A DNA stretch of 63,627 nucleotides, the filler included, from Licmophora abbreviata (Eukaryota): the NCBI GenBank assembly GCA_900291995.1. It is 14 parts of 14 records of this genome, joined end to end, with 100 filler letters (N's around TTAATTAATTAA, not from the genome) between each part and the next. Parts side by side here need not be neighbours in the genome. Positions count along the whole stretch, not along the records: positions 31,824 to 45,344 come from OLMU01001135.1; positions 45,445 to 49,838 come from OLMU01001137.1; positions 49,939 to 51,505 come from OLMU01001138.1; 11 more parts are not named here. One strand, written 5' to 3'. The translations under genes and the position numbers were made by a program. The notes under the pieces were generated by a model, which saw only the letters and a program-made list of their open reading frames with translations, was not told the origin of the DNA and made no database searches. Below, in pieces: positions 40,464-50,749 of this stretch (positions are counted from its first letter, which is position 1; every line of letters begins with the position of its first letter).

Positions 40464-42038
40464 ATGACACATTTCAAAAGCCTTTTTGCGACCATTTGCA
40501 GTTCCGTGATTTTGTTTGCGGGACATCATGCGCAGGCGGATCAGGTTGAACTGCGGCAAGACCAGCTTCAAAGCATCGGGCCGCTGGGGTGGATCGCGCC
40601 TCAGCTCGAGATACCCCAAGCCGAAGCCCATCTCCCTATTGTCGATCCCAAGGATGCGAGCCCTGCTGCCTCGCTTTTGCGACGCTACGAGGCACGTGGA
40701 ATTGCGGGCGGCTTGACGGGTGTGGTCTATGACAATCGAGACCGCGATCATTCCAAGCTACCGCCGATGGCCTTCCCGCAACTCACGCATCTGAGTTATG
40801 GGCCTGCGCTTCGCGAACAGGGTTTGGACTATGGCCTGGCCGGTCGTATTATCCTGCCGACCATGGTCATCGGAAACTCGTCCACGGCCTTGACGCAGCG
40901 ACCATCTGAACGCAGCCAGGCGCGCTTTGCGATGACGACGCCCGGGGGGGCGGGGCGGGCTTTTTTGACCTACGCCAATAACCACCTTTATGTTTACCCT
41001 GAGCATCGTGATCATGATGATGCGGATCTTTTTCCCGCAAATTGGCCTTATACGCTGATCAGCCAGGGGTCGTCACATTCGGATATGCCCTTCGTGAAGG
41101 CATTGGTCATGACCATGGCCGCATTCTCCAAGGACACGCGCGATTTTCTCGAAGCAGAAAGGCTTGTCGGCCCCACTTTGCAGATGATTTTCCGTCGCAA
41201 TCAAAAAGGTCTCTATACGCCCGAGCAATACTTGTCTCCTGCGGCGCATCCCACCGTGTATAAGGCAAACCGTCTTGCGCCAGAACGCATGGTGGCTATG
41301 GCGGCGGCACTTAAACCTGATGACGTTCCCCCGATGGTTCACATCGATGTCGAAACCGAGGATTTCAGCGATGCGGCAGGGCTTGCTGGTATGTCCGAGC
41401 GATTGTTTCGTACGCCATCCGCCATCGCCCGTATCTGGCGGTCCGAAGCCTACAGCCGGACCATGACCGTTTCCGCCGAGAAAACCGAAGATCCCAATGG
41501 ACGGGCGCTCAGCTTCGAATGGGTGCTTTTGCGCGGTGATCCCGAGAAGGTCCGTATCACCCCTGTGAACCCCTCGGAATCAAAAGCAAAGATCAGCATC
41601 GATTGGCACGATACCCGACGTATCACTCTCGGTGAAATGCGCACCACAGACCGTGTTGATATCGGCATTTTTGCATGGAACGGCGTGCACTACAGCGCAC
41701 CTGGCTTTGTTTCGGTTAGTTTTCCGCTGCATCAAATCCGCCAATATCAACCGGTCGGGGACCCAAAGACGATGCGCTTGGTATCGGTAGATTATTCAAA
41801 TCGGGACAACCCGAAATATGTTGATCCGCTGCTGCACTGGACCGCGAATTGGAAAGACGAATTTACGTATGGCTCCAATGGCGCGATAACGCGCTGGCAG
41901 CGAATTTTCCCAGATGAGACCATGGTCATTCAAGGAGAGGGGGCCAGTTCCGGTGTTCCCGCGCCGCTACACCAGCTTGAACTCGAGGATGGGCGTCCAG
42001 TTCTTGTCATGCGCAATGCGCTCGAGCCGAAGAATTGA
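40464..42038 (+). CDS. Exported hypothetical protein (524 aa)
   Basis: Signal peptide ending HAQA; long ORF with no family I can recognise. Confidence 0.75.
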   Translation: MTHFKSLFATICSSVILFAGHHAQADQVELRQDQLQSIGPLGWIAPQLEIPQAEAHLPIVDPKDASPAASLLRRYEARGIAGGLTGVVYDNRDRDHSKLPPMAFPQLTHLSYGPALREQGLDYGLAGRIILPTMVIGNSSTALTQRPSERSQARFAMTTPGGAGRAFLTYANNHLYVYPEHRDHDDADLFPANWPYTLISQGSSHSDMPFVKALVMTMAAFSKDTRDFLEAERLVGPTLQMIFRRNQKGLYTPEQYLSPAAHPTVYKANRLAPERMVAMAAALKPDDVPPMVHIDVETEDFSDAAGLAGMSERLFRTPSAIARIWRSEAYSRTMTVSAEKTEDPNGRALSFEWVLLRGDPEKVRITPVNPSESKAKISIDWHDTRRITLGEMRTTDRVDIGIFAWNGVHYSAPGFVSVSFPLHQIRQYQPVGDPKTMRLVSVDYSNRDNPKYVDPLLHWTANWKDEFTYGSNGAITRWQRIFPDETMVIQGEGASSGVPAPLHQLELEDGRPVLVMRNALEPKN

Positions 42039-42077
42039 CGCGCGTTTGCCTGACTGCGCATCGCGGCTCAGGAGCGG

Positions 42078-43607
42078 CTAGCTTGTCCGCGGTCGCCTTT
42101 TATGCGTCGGATGTGGTGCCTTCGGTTCCGATGTAGCAGAGATCACGGGTTGCCTGAATGTCTCAGCACGCTTTGATGGTCTCGTGGCTTCGGAGGCCAC
42201 AGTCTTGTGAGCGGTCTGATATCGCCCCATCATGGCACCGGCAACAAGCCAAAGGACGGGGCTGATGGTTCCGTTTGGTATCAGGTCGATAATCCCGATA
42301 CTTAGAACCATCGCAAGGCCAGATGTTGCATGAGACAGCTCAAGCCGGCGCCGCATGAAACCCAAGATTACCAAGGGCAGGCAGAGCAGTCCAAACCTTG
42401 CCAGATAACCGAGCCAACCATAGGTGCCTTTCACGATGATCCAGTAGCCATCGGTCGTGCTGATGTCTCTGCCACTCTCGTTGTAGACACGACCGCGCCC
42501 CCAGCCCCCCCAGCCAAAAAGTGGCTTCTGGCTGGCTTTCTCAAGCAAGATATCCTCGTTCTTGAAGCGAAAATCCAAGGACTGTGCGCGTGCAGGATCA
42601 ATGCTTTGCGCCAGGTTGTAGATTGAATTCACAGGAACCCAGCCTGCGCTTCTGGCGAAGGGAAACAACAGAACAAAAACCGCCACACAAGCCGTGAGCA
42701 GCAATTGGGTTTTCCGGCCAAGCAACAGCAATGTCGGAACAATCAGCAACGTCAGTGCAAATGCCCCAAGTGATTTGACCAGGAAAAGAACGGCAAACAG
42801 CCAAAGACCGATGAAAAGCCACATCTTGCGATGATCTTTCTCGGTGGCTTTGAACAGGGCGAAAGCGGCAATCACCGACATCGCCATAAAGATCGCAAGC
42901 CACAAGCCGTGGTTCATGAAGACAAGCGGTCTGAATCCATCCCCCCGCACATGTTGGCCGAAAGAGTGTGGGAAAAAACCGTAGAATATTCTGTTGAGCT
43001 GTGGACTCATTCTGACTTCGTAGAGCACAAGAAATGAGTACCCGATCGCTGCCAAGACAATGACTTTCAGCACAGTCTTGTGCGCCTCATCCGAGGCCAG
43101 AAACCGTCTGGCAAGAAAGAAGGGGATCAGGGAAAACAGGATCTCCGAATTCATCGACAGCGCATCATAAAGCGACAGCCCGCTTATGTAACGCGCGCCC
43201 TGAATGATCGGCTCCGCGTTCGTGAGAGCCGTGAAAAACGGTGGCACGAAAAGCAGGATCATCAAGCCCCAGAACAGCCATTGCCCCCGGACAGGCTCGA
43301 AAGAGATCGGCGGAGCAACGGGCACGTTGCGGGCGACTCCGCCCAATCCGGCTCGTTGAGAGACTGCTTGTGCGGTTTTCGCCTGCCGCGTCACCAGATA
43401 ACACATCAAGGCCGCGGTGAGTGCAGGCACGAGGTTCTTGTCGACTGTGGGTAACGCAGGAAGGTCGAACCCGGTCCACAGCGGCAGCAACAGGTACCCC
43501 GCCACGATCGACCAGACCAGTGCATCGCGCAAAGGCAAGCGCTGGAACAGGATGTAGACCACAATGGGCCATGAATAGAGGACTATGTCTGCAAAGGAAT
43601 TTGACAT
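42078..43607 (-). CDS. Wzy/WaaL-like polytopic membrane protein (polymerase, ligase or O-oligosaccharyltransferase)
   Basis: About 12 TM; YEVRMSPQL, RPLVFMNHGL, RAQSLDFRFKNE...KPLFGWGGWGR...TDGYWII...GWLG (Wzy_C-like loop). Confidence 0.75.
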   Translation of the reverse strand: MSNSFADIVLYSWPIVVYILFQRLPLRDALVWSIVAGYLLLPLWTGFDLPALPTVDKNLVPALTAALMCYLVTRQAKTAQAVSQRAGLGGVARNVPVAPPISFEPVRGQWLFWGLMILLFVPPFFTALTNAEPIIQGARYISGLSLYDALSMNSEILFSLIPFFLARRFLASDEAHKTVLKVIVLAAIGYSFLVLYEVRMSPQLNRIFYGFFPHSFGQHVRGDGFRPLVFMNHGLWLAIFMAMSVIAAFALFKATEKDHRKMWLFIGLWLFAVLFLVKSLGAFALTLLIVPTLLLLGRKTQLLLTACVAVFVLLFPFARSAGWVPVNSIYNLAQSIDPARAQSLDFRFKNEDILLEKASQKPLFGWGGWGRGRVYNESGRDISTTDGYWIIVKGTYGWLGYLARFGLLCLPLVILGFMRRRLELSHATSGLAMVLSIGIIDLIPNGTISPVLWLVAGAMMGRYQTAHKTVASEATRPSKRAETFRQPVISATSEPKAPHPTHKRRPRTS

Positions 43608-43829
43608 GCTTCGTACTTAAATCGTCCGATTGGCTCACGGCATGTAAAACCACATACCTTGGCAGAAATATGGTTCAAAATAGCAATTTAATTTAGCACT
43701 CGAAAGATGGCATGGTCCTAAAACACGTCTGACGTGATCCTTTTGAACTCTCGCCAATCGTGGCTGGGGTCTGGCGGCGGCTCATTTCAGTTGCAGGTCA
43801 CCTGCTCGGTGTTTTTGGGCCCCTGAGTT

Positions 43830-44625
43830 TCATACTGATCGCAAAGCAGATCTAACCGCCCTTGGGATATCAAAAAACATGAGGGAAAGCTTAAACATCT
43901 TGCGATGATAAAACCGGCGCAACTCTTTGCTCTGATTTATTTCTTCTGAAAACTCATCGCATAAAACAGACCAGTTTTCGTATGATCTTCGGTAATTTTT
44001 TTTCGTAATTTGATCGGATCGGTCGTCTCGGTACCACACAGCATGCAATTCATCTATGTGTTTTGCTTTAAAGCGCCGCAGAATGCGCCCGACTATTTCT
44101 ACATCGCCAAACGAAGACATGTTTTCATTAAATTTGATATCATCAAATACCTCCTTCTTGATGGAAACAGCGTTCAAATGTACGTAACGCCATAATAAGA
44201 AATGCGAGATATCCGGCGGACCTTTCGAAACGACGATTGTGATTCCATCAGGCCCAACTTGTTTTGTGTTGCCATAAACCAAATCAATCGTTGGGTCAGA
44301 ATTGAAAGCATTTGCATGGCTAGCGTACTTCGTCGGCATAATCTCATCATCGTCGTCGAGGAATGATATAAACTCTCCCGTTGAATTCTCTATGCCGATA
44401 TTCCTGTTAGCAGACGCTGCAAGACTGCTTTCATTCCGAATAATTTTTACGGGAAACTTGGAATTGATATCGCTTTGGGTCAGCGGATCGTCTGAAAACT
44501 TTATCGATCAGTACAATTTCCAAATTGTTGTAGGCTTGATTGTTGATACTGCGAATTGCGCGCTCAAGAAGACGCCTTCTATTTCGCGTTACAATTATTA
44601 TCGAAAAAAGCGGTAAGTTGGACAT
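43830..44625 (-). pseudogene. Glycosyltransferase family 2 with a 1-nt frameshift (real or sequencing error)
   Basis: MSNLPLFSIIIVTRNR...EIVLID in one frame continues as FSDDPL...ANRNIGIENSTGEFISFLDDDD in another; the span is 796 nt (3n+1); the shift is at GATAAAGTTTTCA near 44500. Confidence 0.75.
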
Positions 44626-45127
44626 TACGGATCATCTTCCAATGATTAAATATAAAAATTGTTTATCGTATCGAATATCAAAATAGCGTCTGAATATTTA
44701 ATCGTCGAGTGCTCTGGCTCATCAGGTCTTCGACCTAAAGATTTCAACAAAAACTCCTTAGGGAGCAGGGACATGTGGCCGGAGGTGGTTCGCCCATTTT
44801 CAACCCAACATCTTGGTTCGAAGCCTCTCAGGTGGCCAGCCAAACTGAAGCAGCGTCATGCAGTAAGGCCCTCTCCACATTATAAATCAACGTTACTTGA
44901 AGAACGCGGTGCACAATGGCCCGAAAATTGACGCAACTAAAGCGTTTCGTCTTTAACCTGAGGCATCTGCTAAAGGCGAAACGCTTGCAACGATTGAACA
45001 GAGCAATGCATTTCGCGAAAATCTGTGATTCAGTTTTTTCGCGAAACGCTTTATTCCAAGAAATGACAATATTGATGTGAATTTTACGGTCTGGACGCGC
45101 TGATACCATGCCGGAACGGAGCAATTT

Positions 45128-45344
45128 TTGACCTCGCCTGACAAATCGACCAACCCCAGGGCCCAGATAAACGTGTCGATCATCAACTACCGCACGGCGG
45201 AGCTGACGCTGCAATGCGTGCGCTCGGTGCTCGAGGATGGCTCGCAGGCACGATACATGGTCACGATCGTCGACAATGCCTCGGGCGACGGCTCGGTGGA
45301 CAAACTGCGTGCCTTCATCGCCTCGCTGCCCGATCCGACCCGCG
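45128..45344 (+). CDS. Glycosyltransferase family 2, N-terminal fragment
   Basis: VSIINYRTAELTLQCVRSV...IVDNASGDGS, cut by a spacer. Confidence 0.8.
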
Positions 45345-45485
45345 NNNNNNNNNNNNNNNNNNNNNNNNNNNNNNNNNNNNNNNNNNNNTTAATTAATTAA
45401 NNNNNNNNNNNNNNNNNNNNNNNNNNNNNNNNNNNNNNNNNNNNCGATATCTGGATCAACGTCCTGACGCCGTTGGGGGATCGCC

Positions 45486-46349
45486 GTGACAGCTAGATCG
45501 CAGGACACTCTGCCCGATTTCATCATCCTCGGTGCGATGAAATGCGGCACCAGCACCATGGCCGCGCAATTGGGCGCGCAGCCGGGCCTGTTCATGACCG
45601 ACCCGAAAGAGCCGAATTTCTTTTCCGACGATCCCGTCTTTGCCAAGGGGATGGGCTGGTATCAAAGCCTTTTTGCCGATGCCGCCCCCGGTGATCTGAA
45701 GGGCGAGGCCAGCACGCATTACACCAAGTTGCCCACCTATCCCGAAACCCTTGCCCGCATGTCGCAGGTGCTTGAGGCGCCCAAGCTGATCTACATGATC
45801 CGCGATCCGCTGGCCCGCACGGTCAGCCACTATATCCATGAATGGACCATGGGCGTCATCACCGACCCCTTGGATGCCGCGTTGGACAGCCACCCGGAAC
45901 TGATCTCCTATGGCTGCTATGCCCACCAGATCGCCCCTTATGTTGACCATTTCGGCGCGGACAACATCCTGATCCTCTCGCTCGAGGATATGAACCGCGC
46001 GCCACAGGGCAGTTTGCAGCGCGTCTGCGATTTCATCGGTCACACGGCCCCGCCCGTCTGGATCGACGAAAAGGCCCGCACCAACGCCTCCTCCGAGCGT
46101 ATCCGCCGCTTCCCGCTGCATGGGCTTCTGATCGACAACGTGATCGCCCAAATCCTGCGCCGTGCGCTGATCCCGCAAGCCTTGCGGGACCGGATCAGGC
46201 AAAGCCGCCAGATGAGCGAAAGGCCAAGCCTGTCGCCTGAAAGCATCGCGCGGCTACAACAGGTCTTCACCGAGGATTATGCACAGCTGCGCAGGCTTTT
46301 CCCCGACCGCCGCGATCTCGACATCTGCTACCCGTTCGTCGCCTCATGA
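45486..46349 (+). CDS. PAPS-dependent sulfotransferase
   Basis: PDFIILGAMKCGTST (5'-PSB loop), KEPNFF, GEASTHY, IRDPLARTVSHY (3'-PB). Confidence 0.9.
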   Translation: MTARSQDTLPDFIILGAMKCGTSTMAAQLGAQPGLFMTDPKEPNFFSDDPVFAKGMGWYQSLFADAAPGDLKGEASTHYTKLPTYPETLARMSQVLEAPKLIYMIRDPLARTVSHYIHEWTMGVITDPLDAALDSHPELISYGCYAHQIAPYVDHFGADNILILSLEDMNRAPQGSLQRVCDFIGHTAPPVWIDEKARTNASSERIRRFPLHGLLIDNVIAQILRRALIPQALRDRIRQSRQMSERPSLSPESIARLQQVFTEDYAQLRRLFPDRRDLDICYPFVAS

Positions 46350-47320
46350 TCGCCGGGCTGACCATAGGGCTGGTCATCATCGGCCGAAACGAGGGCGCGC
46401 GGCTCATCCGTGGTCTTGCTTCGGTGCCTGATGGTGTGGACCGCATCGTCTATGTCGACTCCGGGTCGACCGATGGCAGCGTCGACGCGGCCCGTGCGGC
46501 GGGCGCCGAGGTGGTGAAGCTCGACATGACAAAGCCCTTCACCGCGGCCCGCGCCCGCAACACAGGCGTCGACCGGTTGCGACAGTCGGGCTTGCCCGAT
46601 GCGATCCAATTCATGGATGGCGATTGCGAATTGCGCGACGGCTGGATCGCCCATGCCACAGCCTTCCTCGTGGAAAACCCCAAGGCCGCCGTTGCCTGCG
46701 GGCGCAGACGCGAAAGGTTCCCCGAGGCATCCGTCTACAACCGCCTGTGTGACGCCGAATGGAACACGCCGGTGGGCCGCGCCAAGGCCTGCGGCGGGGA
46801 CGCCCTGATGCGGACTGAGGCGTTCGAGGCCGTGGGTGGCTTCAACCCTAGCCTCATCGCCGGCGAAGAACCCGAGCTTTGCGTCCGCCTGCGCGCCGCC
46901 GGATGGGAGGTCTGGCGGCTGGATCACGAAATGACATGGCATGACGCGGCGATGATGCGGCTCTCGCAATGGTGGACCCGCACCCGGCGGGGCGGCTATG
47001 CCTTTGCCTTGGGCGCCTCGCTCCACGGCGCCCCTCCCGAACGCCACTGGGTCAGGGAAACCCTTCGCGCTCTGATCTGGGGCGCAGTGCTGCCTTTGGG
47101 GCTCTTTCTGGCGGCGGCGCTGATCACCCCTTGGACGCTTCTGGGGTTGGTCCTTTATCCGCTGCAAATGGTACGGATCACCCTCAAATCCAGCCCGCCC
47201 TTTGATTGGCCACAGGCGTTTTTCATGGTGTTGGGGAAGTTTCCCGAGGCGTTGGGGGTGATGCAGTGCTGGCTGGACTTGACGACAGGGCGACGCAAGG
47301 CGCTTATTGAGTACAAGTGA
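46346..47320 (+). CDS. Glycosyltransferase family 2
   Basis: IIGRNEG, YVDSGSTDGS, FTAARARN, FMDGDC, IAGEEPELCVRLR; ATGA overlap with the sulfotransferase. Confidence 0.9.
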   Translation: MIAGLTIGLVIIGRNEGARLIRGLASVPDGVDRIVYVDSGSTDGSVDAARAAGAEVVKLDMTKPFTAARARNTGVDRLRQSGLPDAIQFMDGDCELRDGWIAHATAFLVENPKAAVACGRRRERFPEASVYNRLCDAEWNTPVGRAKACGGDALMRTEAFEAVGGFNPSLIAGEEPELCVRLRAAGWEVWRLDHEMTWHDAAMMRLSQWWTRTRRGGYAFALGASLHGAPPERHWVRETLRALIWGAVLPLGLFLAAALITPWTLLGLVLYPLQMVRITLKSSPPFDWPQAFFMVLGKFPEALGVMQCWLDLTTGRRKALIEYK

Positions 47321-47442
47321 TTTACAAGACGTCTGCCTGATCCCATGCGAACCTGTTTGCTGGCGCAGACTTTTGTGCCTTGGGTTTATCGGGTATGAAG
47401 TTGACAAAATTGTATTTCAACAATCCATTTTTCGGGAAGAAC

Positions 47443-48195
47443 ATGTTTCGTAAGCTCGATGCGAAAGAGGATATAGGACAAAAACTGTTGGAGGTTTTCC
47501 AGCAAGTCTACATCATCAATCTTCCCGAGCGTGCAGACCGGCGCCGCGAAATCGAAGGCCAATTGGCGCGGATAGGCCTTGGCACAGAGCATCCTTCGAT
47601 ATCGTTTTTCAAGGCTGTCAAACCTTCCGAAGCCGGCGGCTGGCCGTCTGTCGGTGCCAAGGGTTGCTTCATGAGCCATTTGGGTGTCATCGATCTGGCG
47701 GTGGAAAACGGCTTGGATCGCGTTTTGATATTGGAAGACGATATGGACTGGTCACCCAGATTCATCCATGCTGGCTTGAACGCTCTGGAGGAAGTGGACC
47801 GCAAGACTTGGCATTTTGTTCATGGCGGTCTGAGGTCGTCGAATGATAGAAACGCAGGACCGGTCCTTCGGGCGCTTCCGTCGGAAACTGCTATGACGCA
47901 GACACATTTTATCGGCCTTTCTGCTCCCGCGATTGCGTCCGCCGCCGCATACCTCAAGACAATCGCATCTCGCCCCCCTGGCCATCCGGAAGGCGGACCG
48001 ATGCATGTCGATGGAGCGTATTCCTGGTTCAGAAAAACCAATCCAGAGTTGGATGCTTACTATTTCGCCCCCGAGATCGCTGTGCAACGCGCCTCGCGGA
48101 CTGATATACATGACAACAAGTGGTATGACGTAATGCCCGGATTTTCCAAAGCGGCCGGTCTCTTTCGTGGATTAAGGAACCGGTTCAATTCGTAA
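47443..48195 (+). CDS. Glycosyltransferase family 25-like
   Basis: YIINLPERADRR, GCFMSH, LILEDD, HVDG, QRASRTDI. Confidence 0.85.
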   Translation: MFRKLDAKEDIGQKLLEVFQQVYIINLPERADRRREIEGQLARIGLGTEHPSISFFKAVKPSEAGGWPSVGAKGCFMSHLGVIDLAVENGLDRVLILEDDMDWSPRFIHAGLNALEEVDRKTWHFVHGGLRSSNDRNAGPVLRALPSETAMTQTHFIGLSAPAIASAAAYLKTIASRPPGHPEGGPMHVDGAYSWFRKTNPELDAYYFAPEIAVQRASRTDIHDNKWYDVMPGFSKAAGLFRGLRNRFNS

Positions 48196-48549
48196 ATCGG
48201 TATCGACCCCTTGGGCTAGACATGGTTTGTACAGGCCTTCCGGTGATCGTAGATAATCCAACAATTATATGAGTTTGACATGATCAAGCCAGGTCCGAGC
48301 CAGCATTGCCATATATGGCGCGGATGATTTCAGTTGGAAGCCTTTGAAAATGCCTGCACAGGATTGGCGTAGGCCAAGCGCCCAGCTATTACTGGAGCAA
48401 GGCGCAGATGGATGCGGCGGGCGTCGAAAACTATGCTGTGCCGGTCAGTGATAGGTATCAGGACGCCGCGATCGAAAACCGCCTCATGGGGCTACTGTGG
48501 GATGTTGGTTTTCAAGGCCGGTCCATCCAGTGAAAATGGGGAAGCATGA

Positions 48550-49404
48550 TCACCGCCCCCGCACCCACTGCCGGCTTGCAGGCGACAGGCGCACGGCTGC
48601 TGAAATACCCCCGTAGACGCAAAGCCCGACCGGGTCGCGCAAGAAAAGCCCGATGACCTCGGTCTTGCTCAAACGCTTCTTGTCGTCATGCCTCCCCAAT
48701 TCCGGAAATAAGGTCACAATTTCAGCAACCCCATCGTCTTGCCGCCTGCGCACCTTGATGAGGTTGCCAAGACCCTCCACCATCGGCCAGTGATACCTGG
48801 GCAAGACCTCGATCCGTTCATGGGGGGCGAAGTTCAGCCTGACATATGTATCGTCCGAGATAATATCCGGAAACGCCTGCCAACGTGCCCGGCCTGAACG
48901 GTTGACTGCGAAAAGCCCCGCGCCAACTGCCCCACCCTGAACGAAAGGAAGTTTCTGCCAGAACCGAGCATATTGCCGTGTGACCCAGCTCCGTGCATCG
49001 GTGACGTTCAGTGTTCCGGTCGCATAAAGCGGCGCATCGCTTGCCAAGGCCTTGCGTAACGCCCCGAGCATGTCGGTGTCACAGACGACATCGGCATCAA
49101 GATAAACCAGAAACTGGCCCTTTGCGGCCTGATCTCCGGTATTTAGCGCGTGGATCTTGCCCGGTTTGGGTTCTTCAATGACGTGCAATTCCCAACCTCG
49201 CGCCTCGAAGCCGCAGCGTGTCGCCAGAGCCGATCCTGCCGTATCGTCAGAGCAGGCGTTGGCCACCACGATGACCTCGACCTCTCCGGCCTCATCATCC
49301 TGTTCCAGCAGGCTGGCTAGACAGTCGCCAATGTATCCTGCCTCGTTTCTGGCAGCGATAATGACGCTCAGCAAATTCCGGGCCTGTTTTTGACTGACAG
49401 TCAT
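48550..49404 (-). CDS. Glycosyltransferase family 2
   Basis: SVIIAARNE, VVANACSDDT, GKIHALN, YLDADV, IISDDTYV. Confidence 0.88.
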   Translation of the reverse strand: MTVSQKQARNLLSVIIAARNEAGYIGDCLASLLEQDDEAGEVEVIVVANACSDDTAGSALATRCGFEARGWELHVIEEPKPGKIHALNTGDQAAKGQFLVYLDADVVCDTDMLGALRKALASDAPLYATGTLNVTDARSWVTRQYARFWQKLPFVQGGAVGAGLFAVNRSGRARWQAFPDIISDDTYVRLNFAPHERIEVLPRYHWPMVEGLGNLIKVRRRQDDGVAEIVTLFPELGRHDDKKRLSKTEVIGLFLRDPVGLCVYGGISAAVRLSPASRQWVRGR

Positions 49405-49654
49405 GGTGTGCTCGTGATCTGACAAATGGGGGCGCTTAAAAATGCTCGATCGTGGAAATTCTTGATACTTGAATAAATGTCACGAAACCTCTTCCTTTGA
49501 CACTCATGTCTTTTCCCGAGTTCTCAAAACCCAACCCTGACGTTATTTATGCATTATCCATTGAACGTACGAACAGGATTTTCCGACCTCCACCTTTCTA
49601 AACAAAACGGCAGACACGCCAAGATCAGGCAGGGAACCTGCCACAGGACATTTT

Positions 49655-50749
49655 ATGAAGATCGGCTATTTGTTGAATACCTATCCGGTGCCCAGTTCCA
49701 CCTTCATCCGTCGGGAAATCCGGGCGCTGGAAGGGCAAGGGGTGACGGTCATGCGTTATGGGGTCCGGCGTTGGGCGGATCAGTTGGTGGACCCGCTGGA
49801 TCGCGAAGAGCAGACCAAGACCCGCTATCTTCTCTCCGNNNNNNNNNNNNNNNNNNNNNNNNNNNNNNNNNNNNNNNNNNNNTTAATTAATTAANNNNNN
49901 NNNNNNNNNNNNNNNNNNNNNNNNNNNNNNNNNNNNNNCTTGGGCGGGCCGAGCTATAGCTTCACTGCGCATGGCCCCGATGAATTCATCGACTGGGGGC
50001 GCTCGTCTCTGGCGCTCAAGGTGGCCGAGGCCCGCTTCGTCGCCGCGATCTCGTATTATTGCCGGGTGCAGCTGACCCTCGCCGCCGGGATGGCGCATTG
50101 GGACAAGATCCATATCGTACGCTGCGGACTGGATCTGTCCGAGTTTCCGCCAAGCAAGGCGGGCTTTGACGCCTCGGCGCCGTTTGTCTGCGTGGGTCGG
50201 CTCTGTCCACAAAAGGCGCAGGTGCTGATCGTCGAGGCGACCGCTCGTGTCGTCCGCTCGCATCCCGAAGTTAAGGTCCGTCTGATCGGCGATGGTGAAA
50301 GCCGCGCCGAGGTAGAGGCGGCGATTGCCCGGCATGGGCTCGAGGGCAATATCGAACTCCTGGGCTGGCAGGCCAATGACGTGGTGCGTGCCGAACTGGG
50401 CCGCGCCCGCGCGCTTCTTTTGCCCAGTTTCGCTGAGGGTCTGCCCGTCGTCATCATGGAAGCCCTCGCGCTCGGTCGTCCCGCCATCTCGACCTATATT
50501 GCAGGCATCCCCGAACTTGTGGACGAAAGCTGTGGCTGGATCATACCAGCCGGGTCAGTTGATCATATAGCCAAGGCGATGACCGACTGCCTCGCAACCC
50601 CGCCGCAGGCACTTGCCGACAAGGGCGCCACTGGCCGCGCCCGCGTGCAGCGCGCGCATGACATCGACACCAACGCCCGAACCCTCGCCGCCTGTTTCGC
50701 TGCCGCGAAACAGGTATCCGGCCAGCCAAGCGGAGCCAGAACCCGATGA
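49655..50749 (+). CDS. Glycosyltransferase family 4, WcaL-like (split by spacer)
   Basis: MKIGYLLNTYPVPSSTFIRREI / SFTAHGPDEF, VGRLCPQK, SFAEGLPVVIMEA. Confidence 0.88.

Noticed and set aside
43708..43789. TG...CA-bounded segment as a possible MITE
   Set aside because: The ends match at only about 7 of 11 positions and I saw no target duplication.
48200..48545. Coding-like fragment (..YYWSKAQMDAAGVENYAVPVSDRYQDAAIENRLMGLLW..)
   Set aside because: No start or RBS and no recognisable family; possibly a decayed gene but unsupported.
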